DNA from: Schizochytrium sp. TIO01
Lineage: Eukaryota > Protista > Bigyra: Labyrinthulomycetes
NCBI GenBank assembly: GCA_004764695.1
Contig: SMSO01000014.1
Span: forward strand, 4,102,845 to 4,166,844
Length of the DNA stretch: 64,000 bases
Reading direction: 5' to 3'
This document shows, piece by piece, positions 1 through 10,752 of this stretch. How positions within the stretch are numbered: position 1 is the stretch's first letter; each line of letters begins with the position of its first letter. A model generated the notes under the pieces. It had not been told where the DNA came from, ran no database searches, and worked only from the letters and a program-made list of their open reading frames with translations. The translations under genes and the position numbers were made by a program.

Positions 1-808
1 TTTTCATGTCTAATTTCTCAGCAAGCGATATAAACCTCGAAGGAGGCACTCTTCAAAGTATTGTTTCTTTGGTGAAGGGTAAAAACTCAAGTCAAGCATA
101 TTTCTGATGATTAGAGGAGCAAAGGGAGCGAGCGTACTCTCTCTTTTAAACTATATTTGATGAACTAGCCTGAGCATTGCTGAGGAGGTGACTTTTACCC
201 GGTCATCTTGAGAAAATGGCTATATAATAAAGCGATGAGTTGTCAGGAGATCGATCGTGAGCGAGGGAACCTCAATTACCCATCTGATACCTGCTACTGC
301 TATATCTGCACCTACTACTGTATCTAAGTGTAATGTCTTTGTTAAAAGCGACTCTGACTCCTTCCACCTCCTTGCTAGCTAGTCGGTAATGGTAGATGAT
401 AAAAGATAATCAAGAACTTGCGCATATTCTTCAAGTTATTTATTACATTTATTTCCCATCAATGCATGCTAGTAACTCCCAGCGTGAAGAAGTGTTGGCA
501 GATAGATTCTCTGTGGAATTCTACGTATTTTCTGCATCCTACCATGGAAGGTAGGTAGTACATCGGGTACCTTGTGCTAATTCGTACCTATTGCTTTATT
601 TTTCATGAGTTAATTTCTCTAAAGAAAGAAAGAAAAGAAAGAAAGAAATTGCAGTACTAGGTAGTTCTAGGCATCCCGGTATATAGCAGAGTTATTCTTT
701 GCTTCTTAGTTTTTGTGGGTTATCGAGCTCGTTACTCTGTGCAAAAGGCAATCGATCTTTCGCCACTCCAAAAGGGCTCGAGGAGAGCGCGCAGGGTCTC
801 GCCGCGCC

Positions 809-2170
809 ATGGGCCACAGACACGGTACGCAGCGAAAGGTGGACCAGAACCTCGCAAGCAGCGACGCTACAGACCTCAGTACCTCCGGCGACAAGAATGA
901 GCCTCAGCATGTAAATAGCGGTCGCAAAGCAAAGTCCAAGGCAGCCAGCTCGCGCAGCCAGACTCCGCCGCTGCCTTCTCCCTCCACGCCCGCCGCCGGC
1001 TCACAAAACCATAATCAAACTCAAGGTCAGGTTAAACTGAACCAGAACCAAAACCACGTTCAAAACCAGCCTCAGGGTGCCATTGCGACGCCACCACCGC
1101 CGCCGTCGACGCCTGCGACAGAGACGAAGCGCAAATCCGTCCAGTTCTCTGCAGACACTCAGGATGCCTTGAACAAGCACAAGGAAGACGCCAATAAGCG
1201 CGCATGGTCTGTGCTTGAACCCTCGAGCAACGGCGTACAGCGCAAGGTCACGGATGACTACGAAGTATTACGCAAGCTTGGTCAGGGCAGCTATGGAAAA
1301 GTGCGCCTGGGTAAGAGCAAGGCTACCGGAGAACAGGTTGCTGTCAAGAGCGTGCTTAAGAAAAATATGCGACGGTTACAGACACTACGTCGCGAAATCT
1401 CTATAATGCGCAAGGTTCGCCACCCCAACATCATCCGACTCATTGACGTTTACGAGGACGATGCATTTCTGCACATTGTCATGGAGTTGTGCACGGGTGG
1501 AGAGCTATTTGATAAGATCATTCAGGCGGGGCATTACACGGAAAAGGACGCACGTGAGCTAATATACCAAATGCTCGATGCAGTTCAGTACTTGCACGGG
1601 ATGCACATTGCTCATCGCGATCTGAAACCTGAAAATTTTCTGTTTGCTTCCAAGGAACGCGATGCTCCACTCAAATTGATTGACTTTGGCCTTTCACGTT
1701 TTTATCAAGACAATCTATGGATGCGAACCCGTGCCGGTACACCGTACTACCTAGCTCCAGAAGTTCTTGAGAAGCGCTACGATAAAAAGTGCGATGTATG
1801 GTCCTGTGGAGTCTTATTGTATATTCTTCTTTGTGGATACCCACCTTTCTATGGAGACAACGAGAAACAGATCTACGCCATGATCAGGAAAGGGGTATTT
1901 GATTTTCCTGATCTTGAGTGGCATTCAGTATCTTCTACGGCAAAGGATCTCATTGCTAAAATGCTTGATCTAGACTCGCAGTCTCGTCTTACTGCACTTG
2001 AGGCTTTGGAGCATCCTTGGTTCCAGGGTATGCCTCCTCCGCACCGCCCTGGCCTTCTTACTGGATCCAGCACTTCTTCATCTTCCGCCATCTCCTCTGA
2101 ACACAAAGCAAAGAGCCAACCGACCACTGCTACAAATCAACAATCCTCAGCTACAGCAACTGCTGATGGC

Positions 2171-2208
<38 letters not shown>

Positions 2209-3061
2209 TCCTCCCCCGCCACCGCCACCGCCGGCTGAACGCATGCCCACGCCACCATCACCACCCCCTCGGTCTAATGCGGAATCATCCTTGCATGATA
2301 CAACACCTGTAACATCTATGGATAACAGCAGGAACAATATCCCATCCTCAGGCGAGGCCCTTGGAGAGACTGAGACGGTGCCTGCTAACCAGGCGGCCCA
2401 GGTTGATGTCCAGAGCCTTGACACGAGTGAGGTTTCTAGCCCCCCTTCGCCACCTGCAAGGGCACCACCATCTCCCAAACACTTACACGGTCAACCTTCT
2501 TACATTAGCAACGATGATGACGATGGTGAAGTTGATGCTCTATCACGATCACTGGACCATACTGTGGTCGAGCGTCTGCGTAGCTTTGCAGCAAGCAATA
2601 AAATGAAGCGTGCAGCTCTTGGCGTAATCGTCCGATACTTGAACAGAAAGGAGATTAACGCTCTTCGCTCGCAATTTGAACGATTTGATGAAGATGGCAA
2701 TGGGTTCGTTACCGGGAATGAACTCGCACAAGCCATGCGACGAGTGGGTCTCGACCCCTCTGAGGATGAAGTTGAAAACTTACTCGTGGCTCTTGATGAG
2801 GACCATAATGGAAAGATTGACTATGAAGAGTTCCTAGCCGCCTCCATGGATCGCCACGTTTACCTTCGGCAAGAGCTTCTAGAGACAGCTTTTCATTATT
2901 TTGATACCGCCAACAAAGGTTGCATTACCGTGCAGGATTTGGAAGCCAGACTCGGTGATGAAGACGCATCCCTGGTGCAACATATTCTCAAGTCCTGGGA
3001 TGCTGATCGAGATAACCTCATTAATTTTGAAGAGTTCTCCAAAATGATGAATGAAGGTTAG
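809..3061 (+). CDS. CDPK: Calcium-dependent protein kinase (Ser/Thr kinase domain + junction + 4 EF-hands)
   Basis: Kinase motifs GQGSYG, VAVK, HRDLKPEN, DFG, GTPYYLAPE; junction segment RLRSFAASNKMKRAAL; EF loops DEDGNGFVTGNE, DEDHNGKIDYEE, DTANKGCITVQD, DADRDNLINFEE. Start moved to the first in-frame ATG at 809 (MGHRHG). Confidence 0.95.
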
Positions 3062-3502
3062 ATGGCTCGCTTCTCATCTCGTAGCCCACTTGCTCAATCT
3101 TGTTGTCTTCCGTCCTCCAACATATTTTTTTTTGATAGACTAAAAACAAAATGACCATTTCAAACCCTTTCTTGCTGCGGCGAAGAAACTATAAAGAAAT
3201 AGAGAGGCTGTTTTTTTCTTGTATTGTGTCTGGAGAAAGACATGCACATTTTTTTGTCTGCTGTATCCCCAGAGCTAACTCCTTCAAACCTGTTAGCTTG
3301 GGTTAGAACTGATGAAGCCAAAACTATCACTCATTTCAAGAGAGGTAGGTACTCACCTACGGTAGTATAGTATATTCTCTCTAATGAGTGCTATAGCCCT
3401 CCATATACAAAGAAAGAGTCTAGTTCTCTTTCTCACATGCTTTCAACTTTCAAAGCCCAAATAAGCCATCTTTGTCCTTGCTCCTAGGCTTGCGCAAGCA
3501 CC

Positions 3503-4449
3503 ATGGCAGGGACCTCGGAGGATTCCGACAAATCTATTGTTGCCGGCGGTGAGACTGTGTTGCTGAGTACCGTCATCGCCCAGGGCGCAGAAGCTGTACG
3601 TTGTGAAGACGAGTTGATCTAGGCGGGGGAAGGCTGGGCAGTGGCTATGGAGCACGGCACGAACGAAGCAGGCAGAGAGAAAGGGAGACATATGGTGCAG
3701 GGTATGTGGTCGACAACGCATACATACTGTTGCGAAAGAGAATGTGCAAGGCCACCACTCGGTAGCAACAAAGAGATAAAGTCAAAAAAATAAACTAAGT
3801 CTGACGAGAAATACAAAATGGATAGAAATTATACAAAACGAGCTTTCGTGGCAAAGATGCTGTTGTGAAGGAGCGCATTCCTAAGGCGTATCGGCACCCA
3901 GATCTTGAGGCACAGCTCACCAAATCACGTTTTACACAGGAGGTCCGTTGCTCAGGACGAGCACAAGAAGTAGGCGTGGTAACACCTACTGTGCTCTTCT
4001 CGGATGTGGATCAAGGCATCATCATTATGGAGTACATCGACGGGAAGCCACTGCGTGAAGTCTTCGATGACCCAGAACTTAAGGAGAATGATTCAATTAA
4101 GCTAGCGCAGGACTTTGGACGTGCTGTAGCTAAGCTTCACAATTCTCACATTGTCCATGGTGATTTGACTACGTCTAATGCTATGCTTCGTGCCGATGGC
4201 GAGCTTGTCGTCCTTGATTTCGGTCTTGCTAAGGTTGATCGAACAGCCGAGGAAAAGGCAGTGGACATTTATGTCTTACAGCGCGCCTTTTTATCCACTC
4301 ATCCGAACTCCGAAGGGATCTTTGACGAGTTACTCAACACGTATATCGCTTCTCTTTCTGACTCTGATCGTGAGAAGGTCGCAAACAAACTTCCGAAGGT
4401 CCAGCAACGTGGACGTAAGAAACGCCCTCTGCCAGCCGCTTCGTCTTAA
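3503..4449 (+). CDS. BUD32: KEOPS complex kinase Bud32/TP53RK (2 exons)
   Basis: Exon 1 3503-3595 (MAGTSED...IAQGAEA), GTACGT...TAG intron 3596-3825, exon 2 3826-4449 (KLYKTSFRGKDAVVKERIPKAYRHP...HGDLTTSN...DFGL...RGRK). Splicing restores the QGAEA-x-VVKER family signature in frame. Confidence 0.93.
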
Positions 4450-4789
4450 TATATAGGGAAATGAAGGAGTACTCGCAGGGCTTCTCTTCATACGATCTCG
4501 TTTTCACATAATATATATGCGAATTTGTTTCCATTCGAGTCATCACCCTGACAGTATGTGCGATGGTTCATTCCAAATTCTAGATCCTACACTCTCCTTG
4601 TTCTCGCCTACTTCAACTTCCCACTCTCCAAAGGCTCTTTAGAGGTTCGTACTGTTCGTGTGGTCATTTCGTTTTTCAATGACCTTGGGAGCTGATGTCG
4701 AAAGGAACTTGGGATCGAGGAAATTGTGACCACTTCGCGCTTTGTAGGCTGCTTTTGGGTGACTCATATTTGGTGATACTTGTTTCTTG

Positions 4790-4894
4790 GACAGTCCTCG
4801 TGTTTTCGCATAGATTGGACAGATTCATACTACTCCTATTATGACAGTCCTCGTGTTTTCACTTAGATTGGGCTGATCATCCTAGTCCTATTAT
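4790..4894. repeat. Imperfect tandem duplication of ~53 bp
   Basis: GACAGTCCTCGTGTTTTC...TAGATTGG...TCCTATTAT at 4790-4842 and again at 4843-4894. Confidence 0.85.
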
Positions 4895-5400
4895 AATATC
4901 CTTTTCGCAAGTATACAAATGAATTTTTTAAAGCCTCAGATCATGTTTCATCTATTCATTGCAGTGCATTCTATTACTTCCGCCTTGGCATCTAGCTACA
5001 GCTGCTACTGCTGTGAATTTGTGAATTGAGTTCTAACTCTCAAATGTCTAGGAACTGGCTAGCGACCAGGTCTTTGCCGATCTCTGTGCTATTGCAGCAC
5101 CAAAGTACCTCCCGCTGTAAAGAAGACGGACAGGCAAGAAGAAACAAAACTAAAAAAATCAACACCAACAATTCTGAAAATAAAATGCGGACCATGTTCA
5201 ACGCAGCGAAAGGGAGCACCTACTCAGATGCAGCACGAGCAGCTGGAGTGACGCGTCAATTGCAGCAGCTTGAAGAGTGCCGTCACTGGAGGACAAGCAA
5301 CAGAGGCGCCCAGGAGCGAAATCTCCTCCTTGTTCATCCCCCTCGAAAGAACAAAAGAACAGCTACAGAGAATAATCTATTGAAACGAAGGAACCTCAAA

Positions 5401-5962
5401 GAAACAAACGAAACAAACGAAACAAACGAAACAAACGAAACAAACAAACGAATACAGATAATGCAAAACCTCGTGCTCCCTAGTAGGTCGTTTCCATCCT
5501 CAGTCAGTCAGTCAGTCAGTCAGTCAGGCTGCCAGGCAGGCACCTTCGCTGGTGGCCAGCCATGGGCAGGTAGACGCCCGCGCCCAAGCACGAAGCATCG
5601 CCCTACGTCAAGCAAGGCCCTGCGTGCAGAAGAGGCTAACGCCGCAGTCAATCTCTGCGCAGAAACTCAGTCAATTGAATTGAATTGAATTGAATTCAAT
5701 TCAATTCAACTCAAATTATCAGAACAAACTGAAGAAAGAAAGAAAGTTTAGAAAGTTTAGAAAGGTTAGAAAGAAAAGTTAGAAAAGAAAAGTTAGAAAA
5801 GAAAAGAGATACTGTGTATACAAACATGACAAACATGATATAAGAAGAGGAAAGAAGACAAAGGTACCTCCCAAAGAAAGAAACAGAAACGAGAAACAAC
5901 AATGCAAACAATACAAACAATACAAACAATACAAACAATACAAACAATACAAACAATACAAT
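5401..5962. repeat. Cluster of micro/minisatellites upstream of the tail-anchored protein gene
   Basis: (GAAACAAAC)5 at 5401-5445, (CAGT)6 at ~5501-5526, (TTGAA)n/(TTCAA)n at ~5675-5709, AGAAAGTTT-like units at ~5740-5800, (ACAAACAAT)n at ~5906-5962. Confidence 0.9.
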
Positions 5963-6045
5963 CAACATACAAAGAAACAAAGAAACAAGGCAACAAACAA
6001 AGCATCAAACAACAGACTGTCAGACCGCTGCGAGGACCCGCTCGC

Positions 6046-8232
6046 ATGGACGCCGCCGGCGCAAGCGTGAGGTGGGCGGAGACGCGAACGGAGGCGGAGA
6101 TGCAGGCGGAAGAGGAAAAGACGTTGGAGAAGGAGGTGGAGAACTGCGCAAGTGGTGCGGAATGCGGAGCTGACAAAGAGGTGGGGCGAAAGGGAGACCC
6201 TGAGGCTGCTGCTGCAGACGGTTGTTTGGGCGATGCGAGCAGACAGTTCGAGAGCGACGGGGAGCGACGTGGAGGAGATGCCGGTTGCGAAGAGGAGGGA
6301 GACAATGCAGACGGGGATCTGGGAAATCCTGGCGAGATTGAGGGACCCGATCGGTCAGAGGAACCACAAGCAAAGGCAGAGGAAGTAAACGAGGCGACCC
6401 AGGAAAATCTAATTGCTGCCACTTCAACTGGACAAGACACAGAGGTCAAGCCCAGCATCGCAGAAGGAGTCGAGCAAACTACGGAGGGACACCCATGCAC
6501 GGAACAGAGGGCGGAATACGTGACCCAAGACGAGCAGGGCAACAATTCTGTGGTAAATGCAGATTCCACCATAGGTGCCACCAGCACAGGTGACTTGGAC
6601 ATTGATGCAAGGCAACGGAACACTCATGGCCAAGAAGGCGAAACGCAAATGGGATTGAAAGACACACATGACACCAAGACACCTGCGATTTCTCCATTGG
6701 CTCAAAATGAAGCAATTCCAGAATTGAATTCTGCATTAGCAGCAGCAGCAACAACAGAACCTGCGACAACAACAAACAGCAGAGTTAAAGCGCCCAGCTC
6801 AGAACATAAAGAGGAAGAAAAACTTTTTGAAGATGCTCCTGGAATATTGCCCTCTATACATGCTCCAGGTCAATACGAACAAACAGGAATAAAAGATCAG
6901 CAAGATAGTACAGATACGCAATATGAATCTCTTACGGAGGGCATCAACGATAAGGCACCAGTGTCACCGTCTCCAGTACGAGCTCTGCCAGAAACCGATT
7001 CAGAAGGTCAGAATAACCACGAGAGCAAAACGCCCGGACATACAACTAGCCCTCATAAAAATGCTCAAAACTCACTCTTCGCAGCTTCTAGCAGCGCATC
7101 AACAAAAGCAGCAGCTAAGGCAGCCAAAGCAGCTGCAAACCTAGCTGCAAAGGCAATTGGGTCCATTCACGAATCTTCCTGTGTGCCTTCAGTATCAGGG
7201 GTTCCAACCTCAGGATCTGATATAACAGGAAATGAGGAAAATTCTCACGGGCAACCATCTTCAACAGCACCTCCGCTAGAGCTGAATGGTAATGCAGGGA
7301 ACATATATAGCGAGGAGGGGGGTATGCATAATGGCAGCACCCATAATTACTCAAATAGTGACACTAGCAGCAACGACAGTAGTACCACTAATACCAATGT
7401 CTCAATGTCTCGGTTTGGAGGGAAACTCAAGGGGAATAAGCTGGGGACGATGCGACCTATGGGACCCGGGAGCAGCAAGCATCTCAGTTTGTCGCTGAGG
7501 TATCTTGAAGAGGAAGACGATCGCGCAAGCTTATCGCCGCGGTCTGAGGAAACCCATGAGAATGCCAAGACTCGTGAACAACTTGCTTTTGCCCTGCAAT
7601 CGGTTTTTAGCGTTTTGAGGGATGCTCGAACAACAAGTAGTGCGAACAACCAGTGTATTCTACAGGTTACTAACCAAATGGAAGAACATGTAAACAAAAT
7701 GACTGCTATGAAGGATAAGGCAAGGGTTAAAGCCACCGAGTCAGCTGCAGCTTCAGCTGCACGGGCAAAGGCGGTCAATGAGGCGCGCGTGGAGAAAGAA
7801 CGTTTGCACTCACAGGTGGTGCAGCGCAACAAAGCTGCGCGGAAAGCATGGAAAATCACTCAAGGCTTGGATTTGACAGGGCCAAAACGTGCTCCGTCCT
7901 CAAGTAAGCCTCCTATTGTCCCCTCTGCTTCATCTTCATCTAAAACAGCAGTGGAAGGGCCACCTGCACCTTTGGAGACTAAGGAAACCAAGTCCGTAGG
8001 AACCTCGCCAACGCCGAATCAACGTGAGCTGGAGCTTGAGCAAGAGGTGAACAACCTTCGTAAGCAACTCGAAGCTACACAAACGCGCGTCCGCGAACTT
8101 GAAAGCGACCTGCGACAGGAACAAGGTAAACGACTAGGCGACATCGCTACGGAGCGACAACGCACTTTATTGGCTGTTGGTATCTCAGCCTTTGTGACAT
8201 TCTTGGCCATGTTTTTGGCTTCAGAACCCTGA
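6046..8232 (+). CDS. Uncharacterised tail-anchored coiled-coil protein with a long acidic disordered N-terminus
   Basis: Long stop-free ORF; plausible ATG at 6046 (MDAAGASVRW), since the upstream part is translated microsatellite. Heptad-rich segment ELELEQEVNNLRKQLEATQTRVRELESDL; C-terminal hydrophobic helix LLAVGISAFVTFLAMFLA followed by SEP-stop. Confidence 0.8.
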   Translation: MDAAGASVRWAETRTEAEMQAEEEKTLEKEVENCASGAECGADKEVGRKGDPEAAAADGCLGDASRQFESDGERRGGDAGCEEEGDNADGDLGNPGEIEGPDRSEEPQAKAEEVNEATQENLIAATSTGQDTEVKPSIAEGVEQTTEGHPCTEQRAEYVTQDEQGNNSVVNADSTIGATSTGDLDIDARQRNTHGQEGETQMGLKDTHDTKTPAISPLAQNEAIPELNSALAAAATTEPATTTNSRVKAPSSEHKEEEKLFEDAPGILPSIHAPGQYEQTGIKDQQDSTDTQYESLTEGINDKAPVSPSPVRALPETDSEGQNNHESKTPGHTTSPHKNAQNSLFAASSSASTKAAAKAAKAAANLAAKAIGSIHESSCVPSVSGVPTSGSDITGNEENSHGQPSSTAPPLELNGNAGNIYSEEGGMHNGSTHNYSNSDTSSNDSSTTNTNVSMSRFGGKLKGNKLGTMRPMGPGSSKHLSLSLRYLEEEDDRASLSPRSEETHENAKTREQLAFALQSVFSVLRDARTTSSANNQCILQVTNQMEEHVNKMTAMKDKARVKATESAAASAARAKAVNEARVEKERLHSQVVQRNKAARKAWKITQGLDLTGPKRAPSSSKPPIVPSASSSSKTAVEGPPAPLETKETKSVGTSPTPNQRELELEQEVNNLRKQLEATQTRVRELESDLRQEQGKRLGDIATERQRTLLAVGISAFVTFLAMFLASEP

Positions 8233-8832
8233 GCATACAAATTTAGTTTCAGTCGAAGTCATTCATAATTGTGTAAGGCAAAGCAAATAATATTTCCTCT
8301 AGTCAAGCCGCGTTTACTTGCTTCTTGATATGCCATTATCGGAGACAGAATATGTGATCAAGGGTTGAATGAAATAATTCGAACGGCTGGAATTTCTTTG
8401 CGCAAAGGATGCTGAGCAGTCAAATTTAAATTAATGAGGGGGGGGGGGGAGGCAGACGCACTAGACACTGCACTGCACCACCATAGACATCGAGTGTTTC
8501 CCCCCTCTCTCACACACAAAAAAATACAGACAAAAGAAATGAAGAGTAATCGTGTTTTGATTTTTAATTATTTTCGTTCTGCGCAAGTTAGATTGTTTTT
8601 GAAATTAAAAAATGCAGCAGCCTCTGCATTGTGTTTGTTTGGTTCCATTTAGTATGTTTGTATGTTTGTATTTGAAGAGCATCTTACCAATTGCGTCTAC
8701 GCGAGTAAATCTATAATGCGACCTGGCCCACAGAAAAGAAAAAGAAAAGAAAAGAAGCAAAAGACGCCCACACACAATAAATTATCTTGTAAAGGGGGTC
8801 TCTGAAAAAAAATACGAGAAACTCACGTCTAT

Positions 8833-9846
8833 TTAGTAACCCATGAGCCAAGATGATGCGTTTGCCAAAGCATTACTGACTTTACCAATGAGACGGGAGC
8901 TTTTTTCCAACTTTCGAGCCTCTTCCTCTTTGCGCTGCTGCTCAAGGCGAGCTTCAAGACTACTGAAACCCTGGCGCGCGATCCGGCCTGTGTCTTCTGC
9001 CCAGTCATCATCATAGTCCTCTTCTTCGAGGTATTCTGGATAATCTTCATCATCCTCGAGCTCAGTATTGTTACCATTATAACTTTGCTCATCTCCTTCC
9101 TCTTCGTCATCATCACCATTGGCATTCCGCGAGGTATTCTTACCTAGAACAATTTTGGCATAATAGCCTGCAGCAGAAAGAGCTCGAATGAGCGCACGCT
9201 CGACGATATCAACCTCACCACGAGTGCCTACACGAACAAAGCCCCGCCCAGGCAAGGTCGTAACGCTGATAGCGCCAGGGACACGGATGATTAGCATTTC
9301 GATTTCTGCACGAATATTAACATCCTCGAGCTCTTCTAGAGCCAATGTAATAGTCTGCAGCTCCCGGCTGGTGTTGGAGATCTTACTGGCCTTGCCCAAA
9401 CCACTCAAAGACGCGGACTTGCTGCCGCGATTATTACTGTGCGAAGCGCAGTTCTCTGAGTCCTCCTTTGCTTCATATTCTTCGTCATCATCGACCGAAT
9501 ACTCCTCATCGCCAACCAATACTGCAAGATTTGCCAATGTACCTCTTGCAAACTCATCGAGACGAGGGATCTCATGTGAGCGGGCAAGCGCGCCACGCAC
9601 ATTGTCAACCAAATCCGGAAACTCTCTCATGATAGTCTTGTTCTTTGAATGACTGGATAAAAACTGCAGCGCACGCGTCGCTACCAGCACAACATCAATA
9701 TCTTCATGCTGCGTATATTGTACCAGACCCGCAAGACATCCCTGCTCCTGCACAATGAAGGGTTGATTGTCCGGGTCCTGAGAAAGCGTCAGCAACTGCT
9801 TTGCAATTGCACGGCTGTTGGGAATATCAATGCTTGCCGTATCCAT
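8833..9846 (-). CDS. ARMC1: Armadillo repeat-containing protein 1 homologue (ARM repeat + HMA-like domain)
   Basis: QLLTLSQDPDNQPFIVQEQGCLAGLV resembles the animal ARMC1 N-terminus as I recall it ([26 protein letters not shown]); TITLALEELED...IRVPGAISVT HMA-like region; YPEYLEEE motif; amphipathic C-terminus NALANASSWLMGY. ATG at 9846. Confidence 0.85.
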   Translation of the reverse strand: MDTASIDIPNSRAIAKQLLTLSQDPDNQPFIVQEQGCLAGLVQYTQHEDIDVVLVATRALQFLSSHSKNKTIMREFPDLVDNVRGALARSHEIPRLDEFARGTLANLAVLVGDEEYSVDDDEEYEAKEDSENCASHSNNRGSKSASLSGLGKASKISNTSRELQTITLALEELEDVNIRAEIEMLIIRVPGAISVTTLPGRGFVRVGTRGEVDIVERALIRALSAAGYYAKIVLGKNTSRNANGDDDEEEGDEQSYNGNNTELEDDEDYPEYLEEEDYDDDWAEDTGRIARQGFSSLEARLEQQRKEEEARKLEKSSRLIGKVSNALANASSWLMGY

Positions 9847-10752
9847 GGTCTTGCTGCGTATTTTCCTCGACTTGGCTTTACGTCCTCTTCTCAAGTCTGG
9901 CTGTGCTAGCTCGCTAAGGCGACCGTCGAGCTGCAAGCTCTGTGTGGGTCTTTAAAGCGCGAAGGCTCTACCTACTCAGTTAAGCAGTCAAGCAAGCACG
10001 CCTCAGGCGCGCGCCAGACCTCACGTCAGGCACAGTTTGTCTTTGCTTCCTCGCTTCCCTTGCTTGCCTTGGTTGGTCTTGTTACCTGTAGTGTTAGTCC
10101 TTTTGTACTTGCTATTCTACAGTGGTTCTTTTCCTTACTTTATCACCCTCCTGTCGCTTTGGTCTGACTTCAATGGACGATCGATGTAACCACCTCTTAT
10201 GCCAAGGTATTGCCCAAACTAGCGATCTATCTAGATCTACGTTAAGAGTCTGGTTCGTGCTCGACGTTTCTTTCCCAAAGAAACCACGAGGGAGGCACTT
10301 CGGAGAGCCACCGATGCGGCTCTTGAGTCCCACGAAGCCTTGCCAAAACCAGCTAACGGTCTCAACGATACTTCAGCAGCGTGCGACAAGCTCAATGCCA
10401 CGCAGCAAACCCCGTGCGTCTCCTGCCTGGTGAGTGGCCTAAATCAAGCTCGCAACCGGCTCGAGGCCGAGGCGCGAGCGCTCGTCCCAGCACAGCAGCT
10501 GCCGCACTGGGGCAAGAAACGGCAAGGTGTGTACCGACAATAGTCACTTTGAAAGAGGCATCGAAAAGCTTTTGACTTTCAAGAAATGAATTTTAAAAGT
10601 AAAAAGATAAGGAAAAAGGCCTATCTGGCTTAGAAAGAGGCTCAACAGGCCGCACCGCGGCGAAGGCGAAGCAGCGAAGATGAGCTTTGAGATTTGCAGA
10701 AGGGTTTCAAAGAAAGACTCAGTAGAGCAGCGGAAGTTGTGAGCGGGAGAGG

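Noticed and set aside
4790-4894. Repeat pair as CRISPR-like array
   Set aside because: Only two units, the intervening sequences are homologous, eukaryotic context, no cas genes.
5026-5688. 220-aa ORF
   Set aside because: Non-ATG start, runs through microsatellites (ETN and SQSV repeats), no domain.
5793-6623. 276-aa antisense ORF and similar shadow ORFs inside VPS13, ASCC2, XPF and BMT5
   Set aside because: Antisense or alternative-frame shadows of well-supported genes.
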